A stretch of DNA of 64,000 nucleotides from Octopus vulgaris (GCA_951406725.2 OX597825.1:38006001-38070000), one strand, 5' to 3'; counted from the stretch's first letter, positions 27,296 through 41,537 are shown. Translations and numbers: made by a program. Notes: generated by a model not told the origin, from the letters alone.

Positions 27296-27556
27296 TAGAT
27301 GCAAGAGTGGTTTGCTTACCAACCACATGAATCCTGGTTCAGTCCCACTGTGTGACAACTTGGTCAAATGCCTTCTACTATAGTCTCGGGCCGACCAAAG
27401 CCTCGTGAGAGGATTTGGTAGACGAAAACTGAAAGAAGCCCGTCGTAGATATGTGTTTGTGTGTTTGTGTATCTGTGTTTGCCCCTCCACCAACATCACT
27501 TGACAACCGATGGTGGTGTGTTTACGTCGCCGTAACTTAGCGGTTCGGCAAAAAAG
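27296..27556 (+). mobile_element. SINE family A (right arm of the inverted duplication), 3'-truncated
   Basis: Near-identical reverse complement of 25847-26105. The ORF-track peptides at 25901 and 27293 differ by one residue. Confidence 0.85.
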
Positions 27557-28079
27557 ACCTATTTTACGTCTCCATTAATTATGACTTCATTTGTGGAAAC
27601 GAACAGTAATACCTTCCAAGGTGGAATATTGTGACAAGTAATTGAACAGCAATAAGTCATGCGAACTGTTCATTTTTTTATTAGTAGGATTTCGCTTTCT
27701 TTCCTTCATGCTTAAGTACCTTATTTCGCGTACTTTTCAACTGTAGCGGCAAGACCGTTTGATAGAATGAGGAGAACAGTGTGAAGATGTATTTAAAACA
27801 GGATGTTTATGTTAAAGAAACTAAACATTGTACAAAAGCATTACTATATATATACACACATCTATGTGTGTGGGTGTTTGTGTTTTCCATGCCATTCGAT
27901 ATATCAGAGAGCAGGTGTTAAGCTAATATCTTATTTGTTAAAATTCCAACCTCGTGCGTTATATTTTACATATTGTTCACTGTGTTTACACCATACACTT
28001 AACACATATGCAGACGTTCTCAAAGTTTGACATCGGAAATCCAACTCAGGGCTGTATATTAGATTATTCTCTTAATTAA

Positions 28080-29110
28080 TTTACATATGTTTTTACTTAA
28101 TCTTCCGTAACCTCCTCACCTGTTTCTCATTTTTCTGTTCGTCTTCTCTCATTTCACCTCTTGTTATGTTTTATATATTTATGTTTTCCTTTTGTCATCT
28201 CTCTTTTTATCTTTCTCCTAGTCACACCTGTTCTACCAGCTAATTCTCCTCCAGCATTTTTTCTGCATCCATTTCTTTCACCTTATCATATTGATTTTCC
28301 GACCAACTACTTCTCCACCATTCTTCACTCTAACCTGACTTACCCCTGTATTTTCTTCAGCACCCAATATATTTGCCGCAAAACGTCTTTTAACTTCTAT
28401 CCGCCGGTTTCACATTTTCACTTCTTTAAACTTTGTTACACCAGCCACGTCACTTTTGTTACCCGTTGCCTCCGTCTCCACCTAATTTCACATGTTTCCT
28501 GACTCTACTTTCACGTCACCTATTAATCTTATGTCTGTTAAATCCATCTTCTTCCGCTCCTATTAATAGTTTATGCAGGCCACTGTTCCACACATTCCCA
28601 AATGCGCTCTCTCATCCCTCACGTTCTCAAAAGCCTCTCCTCCTTTCCAACTCACACTATCATCTACTGCATCTGCCAGCTGAACCGTATACTTTTACAT
28701 TTATGACGGCCATCATATCATGCAAATTGCATTCACTTTCCACCTCAACCCTCATCAGCAATCACTCCTTAATAAGACCCATTCCTTTTCTTCCCTACTC
28801 CCCCTTCACATTCCTGCACTTCTTCTCACTCGCTCTACTGTATTTTCTTCCATCTCCCTCTCGTTCCTTCATTTAAATGACCCTTAGCCTACGAAGAATC
28901 CTTGTCCATATATATTCTCCTGCCCAACTCACCTCTTTTTTCCGGATCACTTTCATGTTACAGTCCCTGCTGCTACACAAGCCCTTTCGTTTCCAACGAT
29001 TCCAGCCCGATCGAACCCAACTACTACTACATTAAGAACATTGACCAACGATTCTCTCGCCACATTACATACCAATGTAGATAAACCTCTTTCCCTTCAA
29101 GAAACTTGCC
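28080..29110 (+). mobile_element. Degenerate Penelope-like element remnant (Zn-finger linker / GIY-YIG region)
   Basis: Strongly C/T-skewed block. Translation gives LRRILVH...SGSLSCYSPCCYTSPFVSN...YYIKNIDQRFSRH, resembling the PLE pattern NLRDxLVH...GxxxCxxxxCxTCPF...YIGET...RFxEH. Confidence 0.45.
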
Positions 29111-29132
29111 GGTATCATTCTCAAGGTATTTG

Positions 29133-29545
29133 GGATCTTTTCGGTTTGAACGGCAGTTTTTTCTAGCGGTGTCATATGAAATTGTCACCGATAATTATGA
29201 CCCTGGTATCGATCTATAGCATTTCAATCTCTTTTAGGTTAGGGTTAGGGGTGGGGGAGGGTATCTTTTTTTCTTCACTAATGTAAATAAACCCAATCTA
29301 TTTTTTAAACGAGGAACATACTCATACGGCATAAAATGTTTTCACCTCAATAGACGTCATTGATTGGTTGAAATTGCAGAAATTGAAGAAAAAAAGCAAC
29401 AAATATCTTTCAAACTATAGAATTTTCTCAATAAAGCTAAGAGAAAAAGATGTTTTATAAACACATTCTACCAGTATACGAAGTTTTAAAGTGTTTAGTT
29501 ACGTGGAAATTCTTTTAAAAACTGCCGGTCAAACCGAAAAGATCC
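29133..29545. mobile_element. 413-bp MITE with ~28-bp TIRs and an 8-bp TSD
   Basis: TIRs GGATCTTTTCGGTTTGAACGGCAGTTTT / AAAACTGCCGGTCAAACCGAAAAGATCC (1 mismatch). TSD GGTATTTG / AGTATTTG. Internal TTAGGTTAGGGTTAGGG. Confidence 0.9.
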
Positions 29546-29699
29546 AGTATTTGTAAATCTGGCTCCAGCGGCAGCAACAACAAGCAACGCTGCCCTTTCT
29601 TCTAACTTCCTTTATGCCGTAGACTTGGTCATATGGTATAACGGGTAAAGTGTGTCTCCACCTTCACCATGAATACAGTTCTAAATTTGAAAGGCTCAA

Positions 29700-31040
29700 A
29701 CAAATGAAAAATAACTGATAACAGTGACGTACAACAAAAACAAATTGAAACTGCATTATACCTCCTTACACTGCCCAACGATCAATCCCATCAAACAGAA
29801 AGAACTATGGGAAAACCATAACATCAAAGGAAATAATCAAGCACAACATATTACCTGCGCAAGTGACTAACCAGCGAGGAAGCTTTTTTACTGACTCATC
29901 TGGAATTTATGAAGGCCGACCTAAGCCTGGAGATATACCGAGCTGTCAACAGATATTTCCCAAAACTAAAGCAACATTCACTCACCATCAACGAGAGCAA
30001 CACTACTGACATACAGCTGTGTACAGAAACTATCCTCGGTGAATGCCATTGAAGAAGAAAATATAAACAAAGCATGTAGAACGATACAACCAAAAATTAC
30101 CTACCTTTCAATATTCCTACTAAATGCACGTGGTCTGAACTCATCACTCAATACCCTAAAATGGAATATACCATTTATAGACAGTTGGCTTGCAGAAATA
30201 ACACCCTATATTCCTTTCTTTATCCTAACGGAACCAGACCTAAACAACACTCACATGGATGTCAAGGTAAAAGAAAAGCACACAATCATCCCTGCATGTG
30301 AAGGTAAAAGAAAAGTACGCAATAATCACTGGCTAAAATAAAGGTAGTGAAGTAATTTTCCTCCATGATTCTTTGCCATGAATGCGAAGGATATATTTTC
30401 CAATGGTTACTGAGAACCCATATCGTTATGCAACAAGTTTAATAATAGAGCCATTGTCAATCTCTACACACTTTTGTAAATACTGCCTCAACAAATCTAG
30501 TACAATGCCAGGAATATATTGATGGTGGGAGATTTTAACCTTCCTTTTGTAAACTGGATTACTAATACTCTGAAGTATCAGCAAGCCAGATTACGTAAAG
30601 GACTATACGAGACGTAGTAGCGGCAGAATTACTATCTAATTTAATATATACATTTTTCCTAACCCATCTAGTTCTTGAACCAGCAAGACAGAATAAAACG
30701 ATATGGTTCTGATATTTAAAAACGCTCTAGTTCCATCTATAGCATTTCTGTTGGGAATATCTTCCTAGGACAACGACATGGTTCTCTGCAACCTTTGTTT
30801 CCAGCATATCTAAACCGAATCAGCACATGTTCGACATCATACATTTCCACAGAGCAGAATAGGGAGCTATTAGAAAGATCAGTCACTTATAGACTAGTTC
30901 TTTTTCACAGTTTCTCTAACATTGGAACAACACGACAGCGCTTTGAGAAAATTGTCACTTATACGTGCTCATAACACGCTCCTACGAAACTCACAAGCAC
31001 GAACAGAAGCAGGTTTCCAAGAGAGGAAATAAAGACACTC
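29700..31040 (+). mobile_element. LINE fragment (CR1/L2/Jockey group), APE endonuclease remnant
   Basis: IFLLNARGL...FFILTE at 30110-30235, ILMVGDFNLPFVNW at ~30515-30557 and LVLEPARQN at ~30667; frameshifted. Confidence 0.8.
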
Positions 31041-31453
31041 ATAAAATATTGACGCATTTCACACTCACACAGTACAACACTCACGCTCTCACTCACTCAC
31101 TCACTCACGCACAAACACACACACACACACACACACATATGTATATTTAACCCGTGGAAATCAGATTGTGGAAAAGTGTTATATACCACTATGCCCGTCC
31201 AAATGTGTCTTGTTTGCGCTTACAATATAATCTACCTGTCGTGAATCTTTTGTAGGCAATTGAGGTTCTTTCCTATTCGTATTCGCATAGCTTATCGTTG
31301 ATCTGTGATTTCGGCGATGATTATGAAACCAGCAGCGAATGAGTGCGTTAGTATCTCGCCATCTATGTCAACGCTACATGTCGTGTCAATGTCTCTGATG
31401 ACTATTTCAAAGCATGCGTTTAACTCTCTAACTCTTTCTCTATCTATCTATCA

Positions 31454-31514
<61 letters not shown>

Positions 31515-32690
31515 GCTATCTATCTATCTGTCTATCTATCTATCTATCTATTTCCATATATAAATGCATAAAAACGCACGAACACACAAACATGTATATA
31601 TATATATATATATATACGATGTGTATGTATGGGCGTGTGTCCATGCATCTGCGTATAACTGCATGGTGTCTCATCGAGGTGAACGTTTTAAACCTTATGC
31701 TTGTGAATGTCAAAATTAATATTATCTAAAAGATGTTTATGAATGTTAGATTTATATTTGAGAAGTAGATATTTGTCTACATAGTTCTCATTTGTTGTTG
31801 GACGGGAATTTCGAATACACTTAATCTCATGCTTATGTCTACTAGCTGATATTGTATTGTAGCAGAATATCGCAGCTGTGCCGATATTTTATTTTATTCG
31901 GTGATAGCTTATAGAATACTTTTACAATATTCCTGCTAGTAAATTAATCTCTAAGTTATCTTCAAATAAACAAAAACTTAAACGTTCTCTAAGTCAATGT
32001 CTTTTAAACTGTGATTATTTGCTGAGCGAAATTATATCTCACGTCAATATCTCTTACCAGTCAAATGCGTTGTTACACAGTAATTGATGCTCGTCAAATG
32101 ACTCCAAAGTTACGCAGTTTTAGTAAACTCAAGCCACTTCATTACGAAAGGTTTCTCGATATAATTACTTCCTCAACTGTATTTATGTGTATTTTAATTG
32201 TTCCCTATGTGTAGAAAAACCGGTAATTACTAAAACAACAACCGAGCTAGTATATACAGGCTTACTCATATCTAATAAGCTATAAGGTTATTAATAAATT
32301 GTATACATATTAAATAGTAGACAATTATAATTTCATGCAGTATAATTATATAAACGTGTGAAGGCTATGTGTGTACCAAATTTATGAGAGTTGGAAGAAT
32401 ATTATATTTAGCTCTAGATAAATTGCTAATAAAATACTAAATTCCAACTGAAGCCATTACGATACTTCACAGCAAATGTGAACAGTTACCATTGGAATAT
32501 CAAAAACTATACATCAACAGCAACTGTTTCAGTGTCAAAGAGCTAAAGAAACCAATTTAGATAACAGTTTGTTTGCTCAGTAAGTAATCGTAAGTAAACG
32601 TCTCGTGCAATTTCAAATACAATTGTTATAAGGCTCTTGCAAGTTACCAGTTACACTTATATAAATATTCCTTCCCGGAATAGTACATCA

Positions 32691-32792
<102 letters not shown>

Positions 32793-32828
32793 TATGTATG
32801 TATGTATGTATGTATGCATGTATGTATG

Positions 32829-32865
<37 letters not shown>

Positions 32866-32882
32866 TGTATATAGTATATATA

Positions 32883-33758
32883 CGAAGTCTGATCAATAAG
32901 TGTCCAGACTGTTGCAATCCTAACGAACCTAGAGCACTTAGAGTAAAGCCGCTCGGTAAAGATTGACCTTGAGCTTTGCTGTCATAAGCACTAAGTTTAA
33001 ACGCCCTAGCTCACTTCCGCTGTTTACAGCAGTACTTGGAAGGAAAGTATGTAGCGTGTGACTGTCGCATTGACCATGACAGAGAATGTTTACGTGGCGA
33101 TACCTGTTCAGAGGCCAACACAATGATGCAGAAAGTGTGAGGAGAGGAGTGTATTAGCCGTACACATGTATATGAGTGGTTCAGACGTTTCCAAGATGGC
33201 CGAAAAATGTCGATATTGCCAAATGTTCTAGGAGACACGTGACCTGCAGAAGTGAGACAAACATCGCAGATATGCGTTGAGATATGAGAAGATATCGTCG
33301 AATCACCATCCTTGAGTTATCAGAGGATGTACAGATTAGTTACGGTTCAGTTCAGCCCATTATCACTGAAGATTTGGATATGAGATATGTGTCTGCCAAC
33401 TTTGTGCCAAAACTGCTTTCAGCTGACTAAAAAGACACTCGCGTTTCAGTTGCACAAGATCTCCTTCATTGTTTTGAGGACGATGAAAACTCTGAAAACT
33501 TTGTGTAGGCCTCTGAGCAGGTATCACCAAGATTTTGGCAAAATTTATGCCAATTCTCTGCTCAACATTCTCTGTCATGGTCAAATCGACGATCAAACAC
33601 TACACACCTTCCTTTCAAGCATTTCTGTAAATTGCGGAAGTGAGCCAGGCTATTGAAACTTACAACGTATGCACAACAAGGTTCAGGTTCAATCTATGCT
33701 AAGTGGTTTCAATTGGCGTGCTTTAGCAACAGTCCGAATTCTTATTGATCAGAACACC
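32883..33758 (+). mobile_element. Non-autonomous mariner derivative with extended inverted ends
   Basis: TA-flanked TIRs CGAAGTCTGATCAATAAGTGTCCAGACTGTTGC / GCAACAGTCCGAATTCTTATTGATCAGAACACC. Internal mariner N-terminal HTH remnants (SRTHVYEWFRRFQDGR; ISYGSVQPIITEDLDMRYVSANFVPKLLS). Confidence 0.9.
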
Positions 33759-36726
33759 TACACACACACACACATACATTTATGTATGCAGAATTAATGT
33801 TAGTTGAAATATGCTTGTGGCATATTTCCACTCCTAAAAGGAGTGCTACAGACATATTTCAAGTTCAGAGTGGCAACTCTTAGGTACATCTCATTGAGAT
33901 GAACCAAGAAGATTGAAACATCGATGTCTAGGCCGCCTAACAGATGGTAACGCTGAACGAAGCGAAAGTTTTCACACCTTTTTACCGTAAGGGAGATATA
34001 TTCTCCGTGGTAACTCTAGTGCGTTTACGTTTTAGCAGATGAAATATCTCACAAAGGTAATTATTTCAACTAACCGAAATTCTGCTTATGTCTGAACACA
34101 GCTTAGCACTATTTCGATATATATATATATATGAGAATATAATTTATATGTATATAGATACACACACAAACACACACGTTTGACTATATATGTATATGGT
34201 TTCTTCTACTCGTTTAATAGGAAAAGCTCTCACGAGAGATCTTTGGCTGACCAACATTTTATGCATTATATAGGAAACGACATAACATACTTGAGTGGCA
34301 TAAATTGTAATTAGAATAGCTTTTGCTAATATTGCATTTCTGGAGCCGAATTGATGATTAATTACATTTTCTCATCACAGCTCTAATATGAATTAACTGA
34401 ATCACATTTTAACAAACTAGATGATAGTAGCATGTAGCACTATACAGAGAGTCACATATACACATTTATCAAGTGTTTATATACATATGAGTGAATGCAA
34501 TATTTCGTCGTCATTACATAGACTTAAACAGTTCTTTGAGCAAGTTTTCGAGAAATATCATACAATTCTTTGAAATCTATGCGCCAACGACCACATCCCA
34601 TACCTTTACATGTTAAATATTCGAATAACATATTTTGCAATTACATCGGTTCTGTTTATAATGACAGATATTAATACGAGCAAATAAATATTTCGTAATA
34701 TATGTTTTATTCTCATCAATTGGTATGAGGTTATATTTCACATAAATCAATTAATGGCAATGTGCTTTGTTAAGCTTTATTTCTCTGGTCGTAAGGCCAT
34801 TCTGACGAGGGACATGAAACAATGAACGATTCTGCCATTTAAGATCCATATTAATATATTTGGATGTTGTCCAATAATTCACATTGCTTTTATAAGGTGC
34901 TTTCTTTTATGTTCTTTGCTTGTGTTTATCTACGTATTATTCGTATATATTTGTCCAATATGATTATTGTTCCATTTCATTCATAACCTTAATTGTATTA
35001 CGTTTACATTATTGAATATATTTTCAATTTTATCTATTGATGCAATCCTATGTGTATTAGATCTGTTTCAGTTATTACTAGGTATTGTTATATTGGTATG
35101 TCTTTGGGGGAAATATTTGGTTTTATTACAGATAACAGAATCAAATAAAGTATTTCCATTTGGGCACAGCGTGTCAATCTGTGAGATATGCCGACAAATA
35201 ATGCTTTAGTGAGAGGAACAAAACAGTGAAAACATTTTAATGTACGTTGTAGGAAAAAAATCTAAATATTTTATATAAGTTGATTTTAAATATAATGTAC
35301 TATGAACACTCAGACAACAAAACGTATGTAGTAAATAAGAAAATACAAGCAGTGAAATGCAACCGTTACATTACATATAAAACATGTAGTAAATTTATTA
35401 TAATTTTGTTGGGTTCGGTCATTGAACAGTCTCCATTCCGAGGCGAATTAAACAATTATATCGGAGGCGTTATTTTGTATTGTAAGTATTTTAGTGTCTT
35501 CAAAAAGTAGACGGCCCTGAAGCAATGAACTAGAACGAAAGGTGAGGCCCTACTACTTCTCCCAACGCTTCATATGCTTGCGCGCATATACATATATTCA
35601 TGTATACGTACAGGCCAATATGCATACGTACACGCAAATATTCTGGGTCGTACAAACAAGAGAAATAAAACATTCTAAAAAACAGAAGCCACATATATCT
35701 GTTTATTTAGCCTTAAAACACACAAATGTTTCAAAGGCCCAGAACTTTTGAGAAATCCTCTAAACAGCCTACATATTTTGCATTATGTTGATATATAGAC
35801 ATGAAGTTTGAGGGTAGTGCTCTACAAGTAAAGAGCACAGAATAGCGTAATGTCGTAAATAGGGAAAAAATCGTGAATAAGAATAGTGAAACACAATTGA
35901 TTTTAATGATCATGCTACATAAAAAAGGAATTGACAAGCACCTTGTGTGTGACAATGGATACTAGGCCCTTGGATCACTTAGATGGGGTTTCACCAATGA
36001 ATTGCACTCGCACAAATAAAAAATAAGCTTTGTATATCCTATAGAAAATATCAAATATTAACGTTGATGTTACACAGTAGTCCTGGAACTAATATTATTT
36101 ATCATAATAATGTAGATTTAAATTTTCAAATTACCATATTTGAAGTTTCAAATTATTTAGCCAATAAATATTTATATATATATGTACGTACGGATGTATG
36201 CATGTAAATATTATGTACGTGAAAGAGTGTTTATTTCTGTGTGTATAAAATACTGGCCCGTCTTACACGCAACTTCCGGTTATAAATATCACAAGGTTTA
36301 CGTTAAAAAAATGGTTTAATAAATGGCATCAGTTTCCCTGCAAAAAAAATGAATACAGATCAACAACAGGCACATATTTGAGTAACACTTAAAGCTAATT
36401 CCGATTAACTCTATGCAATATATATAAACATTTCCTCCGTGCTGTTTGATTTTCGGAGCGAAACACATTATGTAGTAATGGAAAATCCGTTTTCCTCTCA
36501 ATCATACACATAAAATTGATATATAAATTCAGACGGAATTTACCTATATGCTATTTAACTCTTTTCCGAAATGCCATATATATTCATACATACCAACGAA
36601 CATACCTACATAAATAACCCTTTTTTTCCAGCGCAAATACACATCATTACACACGCATATACTCATATATATATACACGTGTGTGTGAGTGTATGTATGT
36701 ATGTATGTATGTATGTATGTATGTAT

Positions 36727-36799
<73 letters not shown>

Positions 36800-36947
36800 T
36801 ATACATAAAAACTCACACATATACACATATATAAGTATGATATATATTCTTATATAATGTATGCGCAGATGCACCTATATATGCACTCTTCCTTACATAT
36901 TAAAAATTTAGATTTGAATAACATGTGTACATGAATTATTCGGTGTG

Positions 36948-37017
<70 letters not shown>

Positions 37018-37598
37018 CATACGTATATACTTACATGTGTGTGTATGTGTTTATGCTTGAGTGTGCGTCTATGTCAAGGCAATAATATATGTGAATAAGC
37101 GTATTCACCGTATCTAAGTATTCTCTCTTCGCAATTTTTCACAGGCTTTTATGATGAGAGATGATTTATGTTAAATATTTGGGATTAAATAGTTTTGCGC
37201 TTCTGCAGTGCCACGTGCATTTCTATCTGGTGAAGATTTACGGAAACTTTTGCGCGGGATTAATGTGCTTAGCAACGGGACACATGATGTGGTGATTGTA
37301 AATTAAAATAGTGAAAAATTCTCACCGAATAGAAGTTTCGAGTTGTAAAACATATAACAATAATAATCCTGGTTATTTTCTCTGGGGTAAACGAAATATG
37401 TCGGGATCGTAATGTGCCATTAGCGTTTTAAAATTATTGATGTCACTTATGGGAAACATGGCTGTTATATTTTAGCTCAAAATTTCTAAATTTTTAAAAA
37501 ATTCCACTTACTGTATGTATGTATACTTACACACATATAAATACACACACATGTATTATACACACACACACAAACACACACGCATACACATATATATA

Positions 37599-37641
<43 letters not shown>

Positions 37642-37682
37642 GCCTATACGAATATAAATATATGTGCATGTGTATGTATATA

Positions 37683-37713
<31 letters not shown>

Positions 37714-39679
37714 GTATCTATTAATCTCTCTCTCTCTCTCTGTATATATATATATATATTTACATACACCCATACATACAGATGTAAATCTAGTAATAAG
37801 TGCATAGATTCATTTGCATTCGCTTATGCATTTATGAATTTTCAATTTGATTTAGCTTTGTAGATTCACCAGAACCAAGGTGTTAGATATTCAGTCACCT
37901 AAAATTTCATTTCTATGCACAGAAGGTAATTGGTGAAGATCAACTTATGCATTTATAGAGAATGCAATGTCTAATATGGGTTTGATTGAAACCCATATTA
38001 AAAGAGTAAAATCGATACGAGTTTAATCTCTAGTGTATATAGTAACCTGCAAAATATATCGTAAGTATTGAAAACGTGTTCTATATATATATGTGTGTGC
38101 GTGTGTTTGTGTGTGTCTATAAATGTGTATATATATGCATATGTATTTATGGAGATACCTTTATGTGTATATATATATATGTGTGTGTATGTGTGTATTG
38201 CGCAAATTTAGTGTCCATCGTTATATTGAATTAGTATTGCTAAGTATTTAAAACTTATTGCGTGTAGAGTTTTTCTTTAGACATCTTGGTAGTGATATGA
38301 CTTTAGTAGATTTTTCGTTGAATATTTAAATCTTAACCAACTTTTTCTGAACAGCAAAAATGCTTAAATACTGCATTGAATAAAGATATTTGTTTTTTGA
38401 GCTGAAGAACAGCAAATTTGCTAATCCTAAATGTTCGGGTATTTCAACTGAGCTGACGATGCGTAATTTGCTTTTATTTCATTCTAAATGAAATAACTAA
38501 ATCTAAAATTTAATAAAAAATAATAAATAATTTGAATTAGAGAAACAGGCAGCATGCATTTGCGATATTTCCATCTGTGAACTAATACTGTATTTTCCCT
38601 TTCTTGAATAAAGGTATATATTTTATTGGTTTGGGACTTTCTCATTCACATACTTTGCTTTACGCTTCATTCCATGCTGCCTCCTTTACAAAAGTACTAA
38701 TTTTCTGCATTTAAGTAGCTGTATTTTGTATACTTACTTATTTCAATATATATATATATATCATAAACAAGCTTTGATTGTAATTGTTTATGATTTTAAA
38801 TTCAAAAGCCTGGTGAGAATAGGTCTTGTAATATCAACATTTTGGGAAATGTTCAGTAGGTTGGCGCCGAATGCACCTGTACAATTCAGAGCTACATTTG
38901 CGAGTAGGCATTTGCTCTTGACGGTCAAGGTATTAGTGCACTTCCTTGGCTGACCCTAGTTGAACTCTTCCTCGTACTAGGAGAAACGCATCATCTAAAT
39001 AATCAAATATCTTAAAATATATATACGTTTTATCTCATTTCTCCCATTTTTACCCATTCAAACGTTTAAACTTATACATCCGCACAATGCAACTCGTTTG
39101 AATAACATTCCTTTAACCCTTGTCTTTCTACCCCCCACCCACAAACGTTTAGTCTTCCCTCACTTGCAGCAAGTTATTGTACCCACAACGGAAATGTTCT
39201 CCTTGTGTGAACACAGCCACATAGTTAGATGCCATGTGCATGTTCATAGCAAAATTCCATTGAAATGACGAGAAAAATAGACGAATCCATAATCAGTTAT
39301 AACATAACTATCGCATCCATTATCTGACATATATTTTGTTAAACGTGTTCGTGTAATTTGCAACACCTACATACGATTACACATTGTTTAACATCGTATT
39401 TAACCTACGGCTTAAATATATCTGAAACTGAAGCCTTCATTTCTTTCTAATATCCGCAGGCTCTACGAATAATACTTCAATTACAAGCTTGCCTTTATCA
39501 GTTACTGGTTTCCATTGATACGAAACGGCAGGAATGTAAATATATGAAGTGTATTCTTGCATATGAAGTAAATGAAGCTGTAATAAACACAAGACATAGT
39601 TTTGAAATATTTTGTTTTATATTAAAATGTGCTCTCACCTATATGATAAAATTGTAACTATATATGCGTATAACACCAT

Positions 39680-39717
39680 TGTTGTTGCTGCTGCTGCTGT
39701 TGTTGTTGTTGTTGTTA

Positions 39718-39790
<73 letters not shown>

Positions 39791-39823
39791 CATCATCATC
39801 ATCATCATTATTATTATTATTAC

Positions 39824-39856
<33 letters not shown>

Positions 39857-39880
39857 CATATCATCATCATCATCATATCA

Positions 39881-39952
<72 letters not shown>

Positions 39953-39960
39953 CATTATTA
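39680..39960. repeat. Long (ATT)n/(ATC)n/(GTT)n microsatellite
   Basis: Directly visible. It accounts for the poly-I and poly-L ORFs. Confidence 0.95.
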
Positions 39961-40556
39961 TTTCCATTAGCATCTTCTTTCAATTCCGTCTCCATTTCTT
40001 GCCGAGTATCTTCCTGACACCTAGGGCAGAGAAACGTAGTCTACACATTGGTAGGCCATTAAAACAAGAACACCAGATTGTTCATTTACAGAGTCATGTG
40101 ACAAAGAAAACAGTGAAGACAGAAAGAAAAACGAAAACATAAAAACAAATAAAATAAAGAGGAAAAGGAGAGAAAATTTACAGCGGCAAAGCTCTTCTCA
40201 ATATGTGTGTCATACCTGCTAAGACAAGTTTTGGCACTTCAAGCATGGATGGTAAGCCAGGGATCATTCTTAAATAAATTTCTAGTGCTTTTTTCATCAT
40301 TCCAAGTGCGCCTACAATCACTGCTATTGTAAATATCTTAAGATGCCGATTTCGATTAGCAGATCTTTATATTTTTGAGCTTATCAAATGCTTTTGCTAA
40401 GTCACAGGGTGTGCTCATGTCAATCAATAAACAGACTTTATTGCTTTTGTCTTTCACATCAATATCTGGTCTATTTGCTTTGATGGTCCGATCTGTATAT
40501 ACTGGAAAGTCCCAAAGAAGAGTTAAATTTTCTCCCTCAGTTACAGCCTCATAATC
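39961..40556 (-). mobile_element. Dong/R4-clade non-LTR retrotransposon 3' end (restriction-like endonuclease + 3'UTR) inserted in (TAA)n
   Basis: LLWDFPVYTDRTIKANRPDIDVKDKSNKVCLLIDMSTPCD is the RLE PD-(D/E)xK region, followed by C-terminal LAGMTHILRRAL. TAA tracts lie on both sides. Confidence 0.88.
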
Positions 40557-40689
40557 ATTATTATTATTGTTATTATTATTATTATTATTATTACTATTAT
40601 TTGTAGTAGTTTGCTCTGTTTTTTTTTTTTTGTGGCGTAATACAGGGAAATTACCCTTGCATACCAACTAGGCCTGGTTATTTCCAGTT

Positions 40690-41300
40690 TGGAATATTGT
40701 TGCCATCATTATACTGTTCTGTTTCACTTCGTTTTTCTCCTTCAAACATTCAGCGTCTTCCTGGTGACTCATTTTATTTCAAACCCCACCAGCTTTCCTC
40801 AGCCGAAGACATTTTTTCTTCAGATCGGTTTGTCACTGCAGTTAACCTTGCCATTCAGTTGATAATAAACTCATTTCTGACACGTTTGGAACAATCTATT
40901 CATCTTACATTGTTCAATTATTTGATCATACCCCTTATTTTTTCTAACTTTATCCTGCACTCATTTTTTAGTTCTTCAAGATCTTCATTTAACACATTTT
41001 TCTTGATCTATGTTCGTATTCCTGATCTTTCTCCTACTCGAATCCATCTTGTTCCTTATTTTCACGGATGTTGATATGTGTTCACGTTTCCATTCAAAGT
41101 CATGCACTCTCATTCTGTATCCTCTTGTTAGTTTCCCTTTATCATAAACGGGTCTGTTGAGAATTTAAGATTCCATGACATTATTATTCCTCACTCTAGG
41201 CCCTCTTGTTCTGACAGCTTTGTAATGACGGCCGGGCTCGTTCTGCTCAACCACTGCACACCTGCCGAGCGAGAGCCCATTGCCTGATGTTCCGTACTCA
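40690..41300 (-). mobile_element. Dong/R4-clade ORF N-terminal remnant
   Basis: Minus-strand translation GRHYKAVRTR...NNVMES*ILNRP...RGYRMRVHDFEW and KIRGYD...EQCKMNRLFQTCQK*VYYQLNG, typical of R4/Dong N-terminal regions. Confidence 0.7.
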
Positions 41301-41464
41301 TTTACGCTCTTGATTGAATTAATTCATTTATGCATTACCCTCATATAGAGGGATGTACTGAAAGCATTTCTCAAAAGTGTGTTAGTGACTTGAAAAAGTT
41401 GACGTGACAGAAAAAGTTAAGTGACGCTTAAGCAGAACATGCCAAAGGAAATACAAGATACTAA

Positions 41465-41537
<73 letters not shown>

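Noticed and set aside
34795-34830. CTGACGA-GGGACAT-GAAAC motif
   Set aside because: No helix III or NUH, and essentially no stem II.
37974-38000. 11-bp perfect hairpin AATATGGGTTT/AAACCCATATT
   Set aside because: Isolated and AT-rich, with no TSD or other supporting context.
41225-41285. GC-rich hairpin considered as an HDV-like ribozyme at the R4/Dong 5' end
   Set aside because: I could not assign the P1-P4/P1.1 double pseudoknot, and the segment reads as the start of the ORF.
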